Positions 1 through 7,934 of a DNA stretch of 37,473 nt are shown piece after piece (the first letter of the stretch is position 1; the number at the start of each line of letters is the position of its first letter). Below the pieces are notes generated by a model. The model saw only the letters and a list, made by a program, of their open reading frames with translations, did not search any database and was not told the origin of the DNA. The translations under genes and the position numbers were made by a program. This DNA comes from a virus, in the IMG/VR virus record IMGVR_UViG_2648501629_000001, positions 1 through 37,473 of that record. One strand, 5' to 3'.

Positions 1-58
1 TTAAAAATGACGAAAATAGTGTAAAAATGAGTAAAAATCACTAAAAATGGGCTAAAAA
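1..58. repeat. Phased A-tract array (10-11 bp period), predicted bent DNA at probable genome terminus
   Basis: ttaaaaatga/cgaaaatagt/gtaaaaatga/gtaaaaatca/ctaaaaatgg/gctaaaaacg: six A4-5 tracts one helical turn apart. Confidence 0.8.
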
Positions 59-419
59 CGCCTTAAATTAGTTGATTAATGGCTTGAATAGAGATGGTAT
101 GTGATTTGCTGTTTAATCAGCTAAAATTAACGTATCGGATGGGGTTTGTTTAAAATGGTCAAATAAAGACTGGGGGTTTGTATATAAGTACCCCCTATTT
201 TTGTGTTAAATAAGCCCCCATGTATAGCGTGATAGGGTAGGGAAAGTAAGATAGTTTTCGATAAGGGTTTCGATTAGGGTAATGGCGTGATTCGTCAGTA
301 GAGAAAAGTGAGAGGGGAGAGGAATGGGGCAATTTTATGGTGTGTGCGTGAACGTACTATGTACGATTTCGCTGTAAAGTACTGGCAAAAATGTGGAAAG
401 TAACCCCGTACCTATGTCC

Positions 420-1340
420 ATATAACATGCATTATATAGACACTGTTGGACGCTTTGTGTCCCTCCTTGTGTGCCTGCAATATACGAGCCTATACAAGCA
501 TGTATGTATACAGTATGCAAGCGTATGTATAAGTATGTACATGTATGCAAGCAAAATGCATACTCGTGTTTTGTATACAGAGCGTGTACGAGCCTTACAG
601 TGCCAAGGCTTATCGGCATATGATAAGGTGACGTGTGCATACAGGTACTTGCACACACATACACACATATTCATGCCACGTATCACACACTCACACAGCG
701 CACAAACCCAGTCACACCAACACTTATACACGTATCATGCATACATATGCACTTACATACACTCACACCAAATATACATGTATTTATGCATACCACATAC
801 TGACAATGTAAATACATGGAAATCACAAGTGCATACCACACATACACGTATATGTCAAGCGCTAAATTTACACGTATAAATAGCATACAATACATCACAT
901 GTCAAGTATGCACTCAATATGCAAGCCTTATGCCTGCCTTACAAACAAGCGCTAAACCGTTGAGACACAAGCGTTCACACACTCATCATGCACTCACTCA
1001 CACGTCAACCGCTATGCACCACGTATGCACACTTATACATCATACATGTATACTACATACATCATACATACACATACACATACCATCATAGGTATACTAC
1101 ATACATAGCACTATATATAACATGCTATACTATAACAGCATAAGCATTGATACATAAGGCTTCACAGGTATATGCATAGCCTATGTATACCCTGCTATAT
1201 AAGTGCCTGCTAGTATACCTTCAAAGGACTGTACCCCTTGGTATCACTGCATTCATATACCCTCGGTATGTATATCTCACATACTACCTGTACCATAACA
1301 CATATAACACTGGTATATATTTACATATAACATGGTATAA
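420..1340. repeat. Low-complexity purine/pyrimidine-alternating non-coding tract (TGTATG/CATACA-rich)
   Basis: Dominated by TA/CA/TG/AT/AC/GT steps; overlapping ORFs are H/T/Y/C/M/I-rich artefacts without RBS. Confidence 0.85.
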
Positions 1341-1422
1341 ACTACCAAACAAATAAATGCAAAATAGGTATTGACAAACCCGTAAATGTATGCATTACCT
1401 CATTTCGTATGTATAACCTAAT

Positions 1423-1452
1423 AGCGTACCATATGCCTTATCGCTATGTCAA
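1423..1452 (-). promoter_or_regulatory. Leftward sigma-A-type promoter
   Basis: Minus strand TTGACA (1452-1447), 18 bp spacer ending in TG-g, then TACGCT (1428-1423). Confidence 0.5.
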
Positions 1453-1467
1453 TACCCTATCTACATT

Positions 1468-1516
1468 GTTACAGTTGTGTTACAAACAGACGTTGGTATG
1501 TTACATTCATGTTACA
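1468..1516 (-). promoter_or_regulatory. Two WalR (YycF) box matches
   Basis: Minus strand TGTAAC-ACAAC-TGTAAC (1468-1484) and TGTAAC-ATGAA-TGTAAC (1500-1516); consensus TGTWAH-N5-TGTWAH. Confidence 0.65.
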
Positions 1517-1585
1517 CTCACACTCAATTACCACATATTGACAGTACACTGCTAACTACCAGTTACTGCCATCTATACACCTACT

Positions 1586-1599
1586 TGTAAGCGCTTACA
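1586..1599. promoter_or_regulatory. CcpA cre site (perfect palindrome)
   Basis: TGTAAGCGCTTACA. Confidence 0.65.
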
Positions 1600-1713
1600 C
1601 CTTACTCGCTCTAAGGCTCAAGCCTACTTACACCATAAGCGTTATAAAAAGAATTTTTGCGAATCCCTAAAAAGAATTCTTTTATAACCTACAAACCCGC
1701 TTGGTATCAACGT

Positions 1714-1727
1714 TGTAAGCGTTTACA
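1714..1727. promoter_or_regulatory. CcpA cre site
   Basis: TGTAAGCGTTTACA. Confidence 0.65.
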
Positions 1728-1815
1728 CAACATACATTTCGAGTAGCGATTCAAAAATAAATTTTTTACCCACTGTACAAATCGCTTGAAGCCTACAGTC
1801 ACAAGGGATTGAGCG

Positions 1816-2022
1816 TTATCTGTACGATGTTCGTTTGAAAAGTTTCTTCCATATAAGCGAATAAAGAGCGCTCGAAAATCTTTTTAAAAATTTTTTTTCA
1901 AAAGTACTTGCATTCTTTTTCTGAGTATGAGATATTATTGGCAGAGCTACTGAGGCACTAACACAGTAACTCACAAACATCCACTTTATACACAACGCAA
2001 TACAACAACGCAACAAACACAT
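1816..2022 (-). CDS. Possible small hydrophobic/basic peptide (68 aa, MCLLRCCIAL...)
   Basis: GGAGG 8 nt upstream of ATG at 2022 on the minus strand; no clear promoter; could instead be the antisense of a + strand sRNA. Confidence 0.25.
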   Translation of the reverse strand: MCLLRCCIALCIKWMFVSYCVSASVALPIISHTQKKNASTFEKKFLKRFSSALYSLIWKKLFKRTSYR

Positions 2023-2040
2023 CGCTACAACCTCCAAATA

Positions 2041-2078
2041 GTAAGTCTTGCAATCCACTGCACGACTTACAAAAAAAA
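2041..2078. terminator. Hairpin followed by A8
   Basis: gtaagtcttgca-atccac-tgcacgacttac then aaaaaaaa. Confidence 0.5.
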
Positions 2079-2094
2079 GTTTTAAACAAAAGTA

Positions 2095-2124
2095 TTGACA
2101 TCGAATTTGGATGTATGATACGAT
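2095..2124 (+). promoter_or_regulatory. sigma-A promoter of first early operon
   Basis: TTGACA (2095-2100), 18 bp, extended TGa-TACGAT (2119-2124). Confidence 0.7.
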
Positions 2125-2130
2125 TGCATC

Positions 2131-2452
2131 AGCAACAAGGCAAGTGAGTTGCTAACACAGTAACACAGAACGCCGTGAGGTGTTCAGCAGGCTCACATGA
2201 GCAGGGACTTGTGAACAGTCCATAAACTCGAACGACTACGACCACATGAAAAGCGTGGACTCCTTGAAAATTAAATGACCACAAAATTCCTAACAACGCC
2301 AATAACGATTGGTAGTATCTGTAACCATAGGATGTGCAGACGGAGCGAGTGAAGTTAGCTTGCAAGGATGATAGGGAATGGCACAAACACTGTTTGGTGT
2401 TTGAATCGAGTGTCCACTGGGTACTGGATTGAAATACAAAACAAATAAACTA
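2131..2452 (+). ncRNA. Long structured 5' leader or ncRNA with boxA-like element
   Basis: Serial hairpins (gaacgcc-GTGA-ggtgttc; gctca/tgagc; ggact/agtcc; ccac/gtgg; ccaat/attgg; caaacac/gtgtttg); ACTCCTTGAAAATTAAAT at 2259-2276 resembles Bacillus rrn boxA. Confidence 0.5.
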
Positions 2453-2470
2453 TGAATTGGAGAGATTGAC

Positions 2471-3388
2471 ATGAGAGAAGATAAATTAACAGTAGCAGTA
2501 AAGGAAGGCAAGTTACAAAAGGTAGGTAGAATTGAAGAGGTTAAAGGTTGCAACGTTTATGTTCGCTACGCTATCAAAGGAAACAAAACTGAGATTGGCA
2601 AGTTCCACATGGACAACGTAACAGTATTGCCGAAAATGTTCCGCAACGATGTTGAGGCTAACAACTGGAAAAAGGAAAATGGTTTCCGCAAAACGCTTGC
2701 AATCCCTGCTGAGAGAATTGCGGTACGCTACTCACAAGGTAACATGAAGTTGCAAGATACCGAGACAGTGACGTTCCGTCAATGGAATATCCCTGCTGTA
2801 CTGACTTGTCCATTCCGCACGGAACAGTGTGAGAAGAATTGTTATGCTTTGAAGGCTGAAAGAATTTACCCAACAGTGAAGGAAAGACGCAAAATTTCAG
2901 TCAAGGCAACAACTGCAAAATGGTTTGTCGAAGCTATGATTGAGCAAATCGAAGCTGATTTAGCAAGCACAAACAAAACAATCATGTTTCGTATTCATGA
3001 GAGTGGGGATTTTTACAGCGTGGCATACTTCAAAGCGTGGGCAGAAATTGCAAACCACTTCAAAGGGAATAGAAAGATTGTGTTCATGGCATACACGAAA
3101 TCAGTTGACTTTGTGAAAGAAGCTGTGAAAAATAAAGCAGGCTACAAAGCATTAAACATGACTATCAAGTTTAGTGAGTGGGAAGATACAAAGCAGGAAG
3201 AAATTGAAAAGGCTAGTGAGTTAGGACTTACAAAATTCACGGCAATGGACAAAGGTACAATTGAGCGTGAAGGTTACTTCGCTTGTCCATCTTCAGAAGT
3301 ATTTGCAAACACTGAAAAAGAAAGACACTGTGGAGAATGTAAGGTTTGTTACTTCGCAGAAAAAAATGTTGCAATCGAAATTCATTAA
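2471..3388 (+). CDS. GP88-family Cys-rich phage protein
   Basis: Motifs NIPAxxTCP..CxxxCYA, RIHESGDF, YTK, C-terminal CxxCxxC; RBS GGAGAG. Confidence 0.75.
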   Translation: MREDKLTVAVKEGKLQKVGRIEEVKGCNVYVRYAIKGNKTEIGKFHMDNVTVLPKMFRNDVEANNWKKENGFRKTLAIPAERIAVRYSQGNMKLQDTETVTFRQWNIPAVLTCPFRTEQCEKNCYALKAERIYPTVKERRKISVKATTAKWFVEAMIEQIEADLASTNKTIMFRIHESGDFYSVAYFKAWAEIANHFKGNRKIVFMAYTKSVDFVKEAVKNKAGYKALNMTIKFSEWEDTKQEEIEKASELGLTKFTAMDKGTIEREGYFACPSSEVFANTEKERHCGECKVCYFAEKNVAIEIH

Positions 3389-3435
3389 GCAAAAGTATTG
3401 ACAAAATAAAAAATTATGAAGGCAGGTAATGGAAA

Positions 3436-3927
3436 ATGAAAAAGTTTATGAAGGTACTAATGGCGGTTATGATTACAGCAATGAGCGTGGGAATGTTTGC
3501 AAGTCCCACGCATCAAGTAGAAGCGGAAAATAATTACAAGGAACAAGCGAAGAAAAATATTACAGTGGTACACACAATTGTAGACTATGTGGAAGATGGA
3601 CTAGCGTACACATTACCAATTGACGACAACGATGCAATCGAGGGTTACATTTTGGTAGAGGGAAAAAGTTATGAGCAAGGCGAGATTGTAACAGTAACGA
3701 TGGATGGACTTGGAGAAATTGTGAGCGATAAGTACACGCTAGATGAGGAGCTAAGCACACTATACGACAGATTCGGGGATGTTATCGAATCATACGAAGA
3801 ATATTTTGACTACGAAGCTTTCAAGGCTAACGACTTGGAAGATGAGAACAGAAACAAGGAGGGATATGTACAGGCTGAGGATGGTTCATGGGTGAAAAAA
3901 GATTTCTACGATGAGCAAGCGAAATGA
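3436..3927 (+). CDS. Exported or membrane-anchored protein, paralog family X
   Basis: N-terminal signal peptide; PIDDND..YI..QG.I..V.M.GLG segment shared with 4903..5856. Confidence 0.8.
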   Translation: MKKFMKVLMAVMITAMSVGMFASPTHQVEAENNYKEQAKKNITVVHTIVDYVEDGLAYTLPIDDNDAIEGYILVEGKSYEQGEIVTVTMDGLGEIVSDKYTLDEELSTLYDRFGDVIESYEEYFDYEAFKANDLEDENRNKEGYVQAEDGSWVKKDFYDEQAK

Positions 3928-4040
3928 ACAGCAGATTAAAGCGAAGAATGGAAGCAAGAAAACAATTTTTCAAATTCATGTTTGACCATGGCGATGATAT
4001 CATTGACATGGTCGAACTGATTGGCAAGTTTGTAAGCTGA
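3924..4040 (+). CDS. Small hypothetical protein (38 aa)
   Basis: ATGA overlap with upstream stop; MNSRLKRRMEARKQFFKFM... Confidence 0.5.
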   Translation: MNSRLKRRMEARKQFFKFMFDHGDDIIDMVELIGKFVS

Positions 4041-4064
4041 AAAAAATTTTTTACTGGAGAGTGA

Positions 4065-4361
4065 ATGAAAATGAAAACATTAGCAGACGTGAAAAAAGAA
4101 TTGAAAGCAATGAAGAAAAATAAGGGATGGAGCGTGAACAAAATCAGCGTGACAGTTCTCGAAGCTGACGAAGAAAATGAAATGCACCAAGTATGTGTAA
4201 ACGTGTACCTTTACGATAGATGGCACAACGAGGAGTTTCAAGACTACATAACAGGCGAGACAGAAACTTTAGGCAAGGCAGAGGGACTAGGAAAGCGACA
4301 CGCAACAAGCTTCGTAAATGCAGGCTACAAGGCTAAATACAACGGCGTAGAAAATTGCTAG
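4065..4361 (+). CDS. Hypothetical protein
   Basis: ORF with GGAGAG RBS. Confidence 0.8.
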   Translation: MKMKTLADVKKELKAMKKNKGWSVNKISVTVLEADEENEMHQVCVNVYLYDRWHNEEFQDYITGETETLGKAEGLGKRHATSFVNAGYKAKYNGVENC

Positions 4362-4407
4362 AAAAAAATTTTTCACACAAAAAAAATTATGGATGGAGAG
4401 ATTAAAC

Positions 4408-4749
4408 ATGAAAAAAATTATCAAGTCAATCACAAATGCATTAGCAAAGGTGCAAGAAAAAAATCGAGGCGTGGCAACGCTTCGATTCGATGTAGTAAAG
4501 CGAGCTGTTGAACGTGGCGAGTTTGAAAAAATAATTTGTGAATACCATATGACTGACGACTACGTTCGAGATAGCGTAGATAATTTTGGTCGAGGTGAGA
4601 AAAGTAAGGAGTCATTGTTGCAATACTTTGGATGGCTAAAACCTTCATGTTGGGTTCAAGTGAAAGAAAAGGATGGGAAAAAATATTACGAGATAAGCGT
4701 AGAGTTTCACAGCAACCTTGCTTATAGTGTAATCGTTCCGATGGCGTAA
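4408..4749 (+). CDS. Hypothetical phage protein
   Basis: Start moved to ATG 4408 after GGAGAGATT RBS. Confidence 0.8.
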   Translation: MKKIIKSITNALAKVQEKNRGVATLRFDVVKRAVERGEFEKIICEYHMTDDYVRDSVDNFGRGEKSKESLLQYFGWLKPSCWVQVKEKDGKKYYEISVEFHSNLAYSVIVPMA

Positions 4750-4819
4750 CTGCACTGATGAGGCTTACTAACCACGAGCCGAAACCTAGGAGCAACGCTC
4801 CGATGGTCTGCAGAGGTTA
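4750..4819 (+). ncRNA. Hammerhead ribozyme HH1 (type I), predicted cleavage after C4808
   Basis: Stem I CTGCA/TGCAG, CTGATGA, stem II GGCTT/GAGCC, GAAA, stem III CC/GG with GGAGC/GCTCC hairpin, GTC; loop II TAACC can pair with downstream GGTTA. Confidence 0.9.
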
Positions 4820-4902
4820 AACCTGCAAAAAAAAAATTCTTGACTGTATTACTAACACAGTGTATTGTTAGTGCATAAATAAATGAATGGAGAGATTTTG
4901 AA

Positions 4903-5856
4903 ATGAAAAAATATGGGAAAGTATTGTTAGCAATCTTAGCAATGGCGGTTATTGTAGGAATCTTTATGAAGGAATCACACGCAGATAAAAAATTATCTGA
5001 CGTTGAACAAAAGTATGAACAACTAGAAAAAGAAAATAAAAAAATTGTGGCAGATGCACAGAAGCAACTTGTGAAATATCATGTGATTGTTGAAAGTACG
5101 TTAGGTGGAGAGGCGAAGGCTTACCCAATTGATGATAATGATAGCATCTTTAGTTATATCCACTTGGAAAATAAAAATTACAAACAAGGTGACATTATAT
5201 CAGTTGAAATGAATGGACTTGGCAGAGTATTAAAGCAAGAAAAAACTCAAGGCATGGAATTAGAATGGCTACATAAAAGATTTAATGACATCATTGAAGA
5301 CTATATGAAAGGCTTCGCATTAGAAGCTGAGAAGAATGGAGAAAAGAAAGTAGTTAAAGAAGAGCCTAAGAAAGAAGAGCAACCAAAGCAAGAGGAAAAG
5401 AAAGAAGTAACTAAGGAAGAAAAGAAAGAAGAGAAGAAAGAGCAACCAGTTAAACAGGCGCAAGAAAAAAAATCTACGCCTGTAGAGGCTAAGCCGATGG
5501 AAAACAAGTCAGTAGCTAAGCAGGAGAAGCCAGTGAAGCGTGAGGAAGCAAAAGCTGAGCAAATGAAACAAGTAGCGAAGGCAGAAGAAAAAAATATCAG
5601 CAACAAGAACAAGCAGGATGAATTAAAAGAGAAAGATAATTCTTACATCAATAGCGTTCGACAATATCGAATTACAGAGACTACCAACGCAGGATTAATT
5701 AATGCAGAGGGAGCAAAGAACGACAAGGAAAAAGTAATTATTGAGAATAAAGGATTTAGAGAAGGAGATATTGTTGAAGTTAAGTATGGCTCAAGTGGCT
5801 ACCACGATGACATGGTTGAGGTTAACAGAGTATACGGCGAGAAAAAAATTAACTAA
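4903..5856 (+). CDS. Membrane-anchored protein, paralog family X, with KE-rich linker and a second related C-terminal domain
   Basis: N-terminal TM, coiled coil, family X domain, low-complexity K/E stretch, C-terminal IIENKGFREGDIVEV. Confidence 0.8.
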   Translation: MKKYGKVLLAILAMAVIVGIFMKESHADKKLSDVEQKYEQLEKENKKIVADAQKQLVKYHVIVESTLGGEAKAYPIDDNDSIFSYIHLENKNYKQGDIISVEMNGLGRVLKQEKTQGMELEWLHKRFNDIIEDYMKGFALEAEKNGEKKVVKEEPKKEEQPKQEEKKEVTKEEKKEEKKEQPVKQAQEKKSTPVEAKPMENKSVAKQEKPVKREEAKAEQMKQVAKAEEKNISNKNKQDELKEKDNSYINSVRQYRITETTNAGLINAEGAKNDKEKVIIENKGFREGDIVEVKYGSSGYHDDMVEVNRVYGEKKIN

Positions 5857-5922
5857 GCAGAGTGATTCTGCTTTATGGCGAAAAAATAATTAACAACTAA
5901 CTAATGAATTGGAGAGATTAAA

Positions 5923-6777
5923 ATGAATAACTTACAAGCTGAATACAATAACAACGTTGACTTTATTTCTGTGGTAGTTGAGGATAAAAAATTAAACAAT
6001 GCAATTAGAATGACAGACGACAAAAGATTTCTTGTAACGTTAGAAAATGCTCATGAGGATGTAGTAGCAGGAAAAGAAATTAAATGCATGTCTAACGGCG
6101 ATATCGAGCGTTGTGTGCAGGCTTTAAAGGCTAGTGAATACAAATGGGCTGAAAAAATAAATAAACGCACAGGAGAGCCTGTAGACGTGGATATGATTGA
6201 GGTAGTAGAGGAATTAGAATTTGTATTCAAGCATAGCCTTGGCGATTGCATAGAAGTTGCTTTGAATTGTGAGTTATCAGTTAAGGATGAGAAAAAACAT
6301 CAGTTGACTAATTATGACTTAAGTGTAAGGATTTATGAAGATGGTAAATCTTTTGTATGGATATATGACTGTGAAACAACTGAGCATCGTACAGAGATTA
6401 GATTTACTAATGAAGTCGAAAAAGAAATTGTAATATTTGCGAAACAATACATAGATACAGAACATGAAGCTAATAGGCGAGAAAAAAATTTTTCGCCTAC
6501 CAACATTCAAATGATGGAGAGTGAAAAGATGAGCGATGAAATGGTTAAGGGACAAATTGAGGTAAAGTTATACACAGATGGTTTAGAGTGGAAAGATACA
6601 CCAATGCAATTAATGGATGTATACGGCGAAACATACAAGCAGATGAAAGAGAATGCTTATACAGTCGCAAAAGAAATTTCAGAGGCTGAGAAAAATGAAG
6701 TGAGATACAGCTTTGTAGGTGGAGCTGACCAAGGACACTATGTAGGTAGTATGTACAAGTTAAATAGATTAGGTTAA
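5923..6777 (+). CDS. Hypothetical protein, possibly a fusion of two genes (internal RBS and ATG at 6529)
   Basis: Continuous ORF containing intergenic-type hairpin 6474-6499 and GGAGAG-N7-ATG. Confidence 0.7.
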   Translation: MNNLQAEYNNNVDFISVVVEDKKLNNAIRMTDDKRFLVTLENAHEDVVAGKEIKCMSNGDIERCVQALKASEYKWAEKINKRTGEPVDVDMIEVVEELEFVFKHSLGDCIEVALNCELSVKDEKKHQLTNYDLSVRIYEDGKSFVWIYDCETTEHRTEIRFTNEVEKEIVIFAKQYIDTEHEANRREKNFSPTNIQMMESEKMSDEMVKGQIEVKLYTDGLEWKDTPMQLMDVYGETYKQMKENAYTVAKEISEAEKNEVRYSFVGGADQGHYVGSMYKLNRLG

Positions 6778-6809
6778 TAATATAATTCTTTTATTAGGAG
6801 GTTAGTTAA

Positions 6810-7055
6810 ATGATTGTTGAAATTAAATATGACAATGACAGAGTTGTAGCCAGTGATGATAAGGGAAATGAAGTATATTATCGCAAGGTAGGAAATGATT
6901 TGAAAGTTCTATTTGCTAGTTACAATGGTATTGATTACGACAAAATAGAATTAGGATGGAAACGTTCTAAGCGTGGAGCGGTTAGTAAAGATTTTTATGA
7001 GTGGTATGAAGCGTTTGATAAGATTGTATATAAAAAACATTATCAGCTTGCATAA
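6810..7055 (+). CDS. Hypothetical protein
   Basis: AGGAGG RBS. Confidence 0.8.
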   Translation: MIVEIKYDNDRVVASDDKGNEVYYRKVGNDLKVLFASYNGIDYDKIELGWKRSKRGAVSKDFYEWYEAFDKIVYKKHYQLA

Positions 7056-7090
7056 AGAATTCTTATAAAAAAATGATGGGAGAGATTAAA

Positions 7091-7477
7091 ATGTTAACAA
7101 TGCAATGTACTGCGTGTGATGGGTTTGGAAATGAAGAATATGTAGAGGGTAAGGGATGGACTAGGCAGTGTAAGGTTTGTGACCATGGGTTTGTAGAAGC
7201 GCCTGAGGATATGAAGGTATATGTTAGTGTCTATAAGGTTACTAGAGAATTTGGTGGTCATGAGGAAGGTGGATGGTATTACGATAGATATACATGTCTA
7301 GAAACAATTCCATGCAAAAATAAATTTTCTGATGAGATTAAAAATGATTTACTGGAAGAATATAAAGACGTTAAGCATGGGGATATTTCTTCTGTACTAG
7401 GCGGTGCAGATGTACAGGCATATATTGAACGTAGACCTGCAGAGAATGAAACACGAGAAAGACCTATATACGAGTAA
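7091..7477 (+). CDS. Hypothetical protein with N-terminal CxxCxGxG/CxxC zinc finger
   Basis: CTACDGFG...CKVCDHG; GGHEEGGWYY motif; start moved to 7091 by RBS. Confidence 0.8.
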   Translation: MLTMQCTACDGFGNEEYVEGKGWTRQCKVCDHGFVEAPEDMKVYVSVYKVTREFGGHEEGGWYYDRYTCLETIPCKNKFSDEIKNDLLEEYKDVKHGDISSVLGGADVQAYIERRPAENETRERPIYE

Positions 7478-7481
7478 TAAC

Positions 7482-7558
7482 TGGCGAAACACGGGCGAAA
7501 AAAATTTTGCTCGTGTCTGTGATAGATTGGTAATCCTCATACTGATGAGCCAAACCAA
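7482..7558 (+). ncRNA. Hammerhead ribozyme HH2 (type II), predicted cleavage after C7517
   Basis: TGGC-GAAA, stem III CACGGGCGAAA/TTTTGCTCGTG, TC, stem I TGTGA/TCATA, CTGATGA-GCCA; loop TTGGT pairs with 3' ACCAA. Confidence 0.9.
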
Positions 7559-7583
7559 AATTAAAATATTGGAGTGTAGAGAA

Positions 7584-7934
7584 ATGAAGATTAAAAAGTA
7601 TAATAAAGGCGACAATGGTGAAGTATTTGCAACAATGGAGAATAATGATGTGTTAGCGCTTGAATGGATGCCATTTGCAGGCGATATGACCATGGTTAAG
7701 GTTGATGTATTCAAGGGTGAAGAAATGGAATTTGACAAGAGTTATAGAGTATTCTTGGTAAAAACATGGGATATAATTAAAGGTAAATATGAATTAAGTA
7801 TCAGCGTTGAAGAAGGTTCAAAACACTATGATTCTTGCAAAGTTCCTTTAACATCTAAGCAATATTATAACCCAACGAAAGAAATGATTCTCAAAAAGCT
7901 ATGTCAAAGTTTCCACGGCATTATCGAAGCCTAA
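7584..7934 (+). CDS. Hypothetical protein
   Basis: Start moved to ATG 7584 (GGAG RBS); the upstream ORF extension overlaps the ribozyme. Confidence 0.75.
   Translation: MKIKKYNKGDNGEVFATMENNDVLALEWMPFAGDMTMVKVDVFKGEEMEFDKSYRVFLVKTWDIIKGKYELSISVEEGSKHYDSCKVPLTSKQYYNPTKEMILKKLCQSFHGIIEA

Noticed and set aside
335-1091. Five overlapping ORFs of 71-162 aa in the RY tract
   Set aside because: No RBS, and the H/T/Y/C/M-rich composition is what alternating dinucleotides produce on both strands
420-1340. Possible CRISPR array or regular tandem repeat
   Set aside because: No constant repeat unit or regular repeat-spacer period
1467-1516. TnrA/GlnR or parS sites
   Set aside because: TGTTA-N8-TTACA does not fit TGTNA-N7-TNACA and there is no parS CACGTG core; the WalR direct-repeat pattern fits exactly
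7404-7583. N-terminal extension of ORF 7404-7934
   Set aside because: Overlaps the upstream gene and ribozyme HH2; the RBS supports ATG 7584
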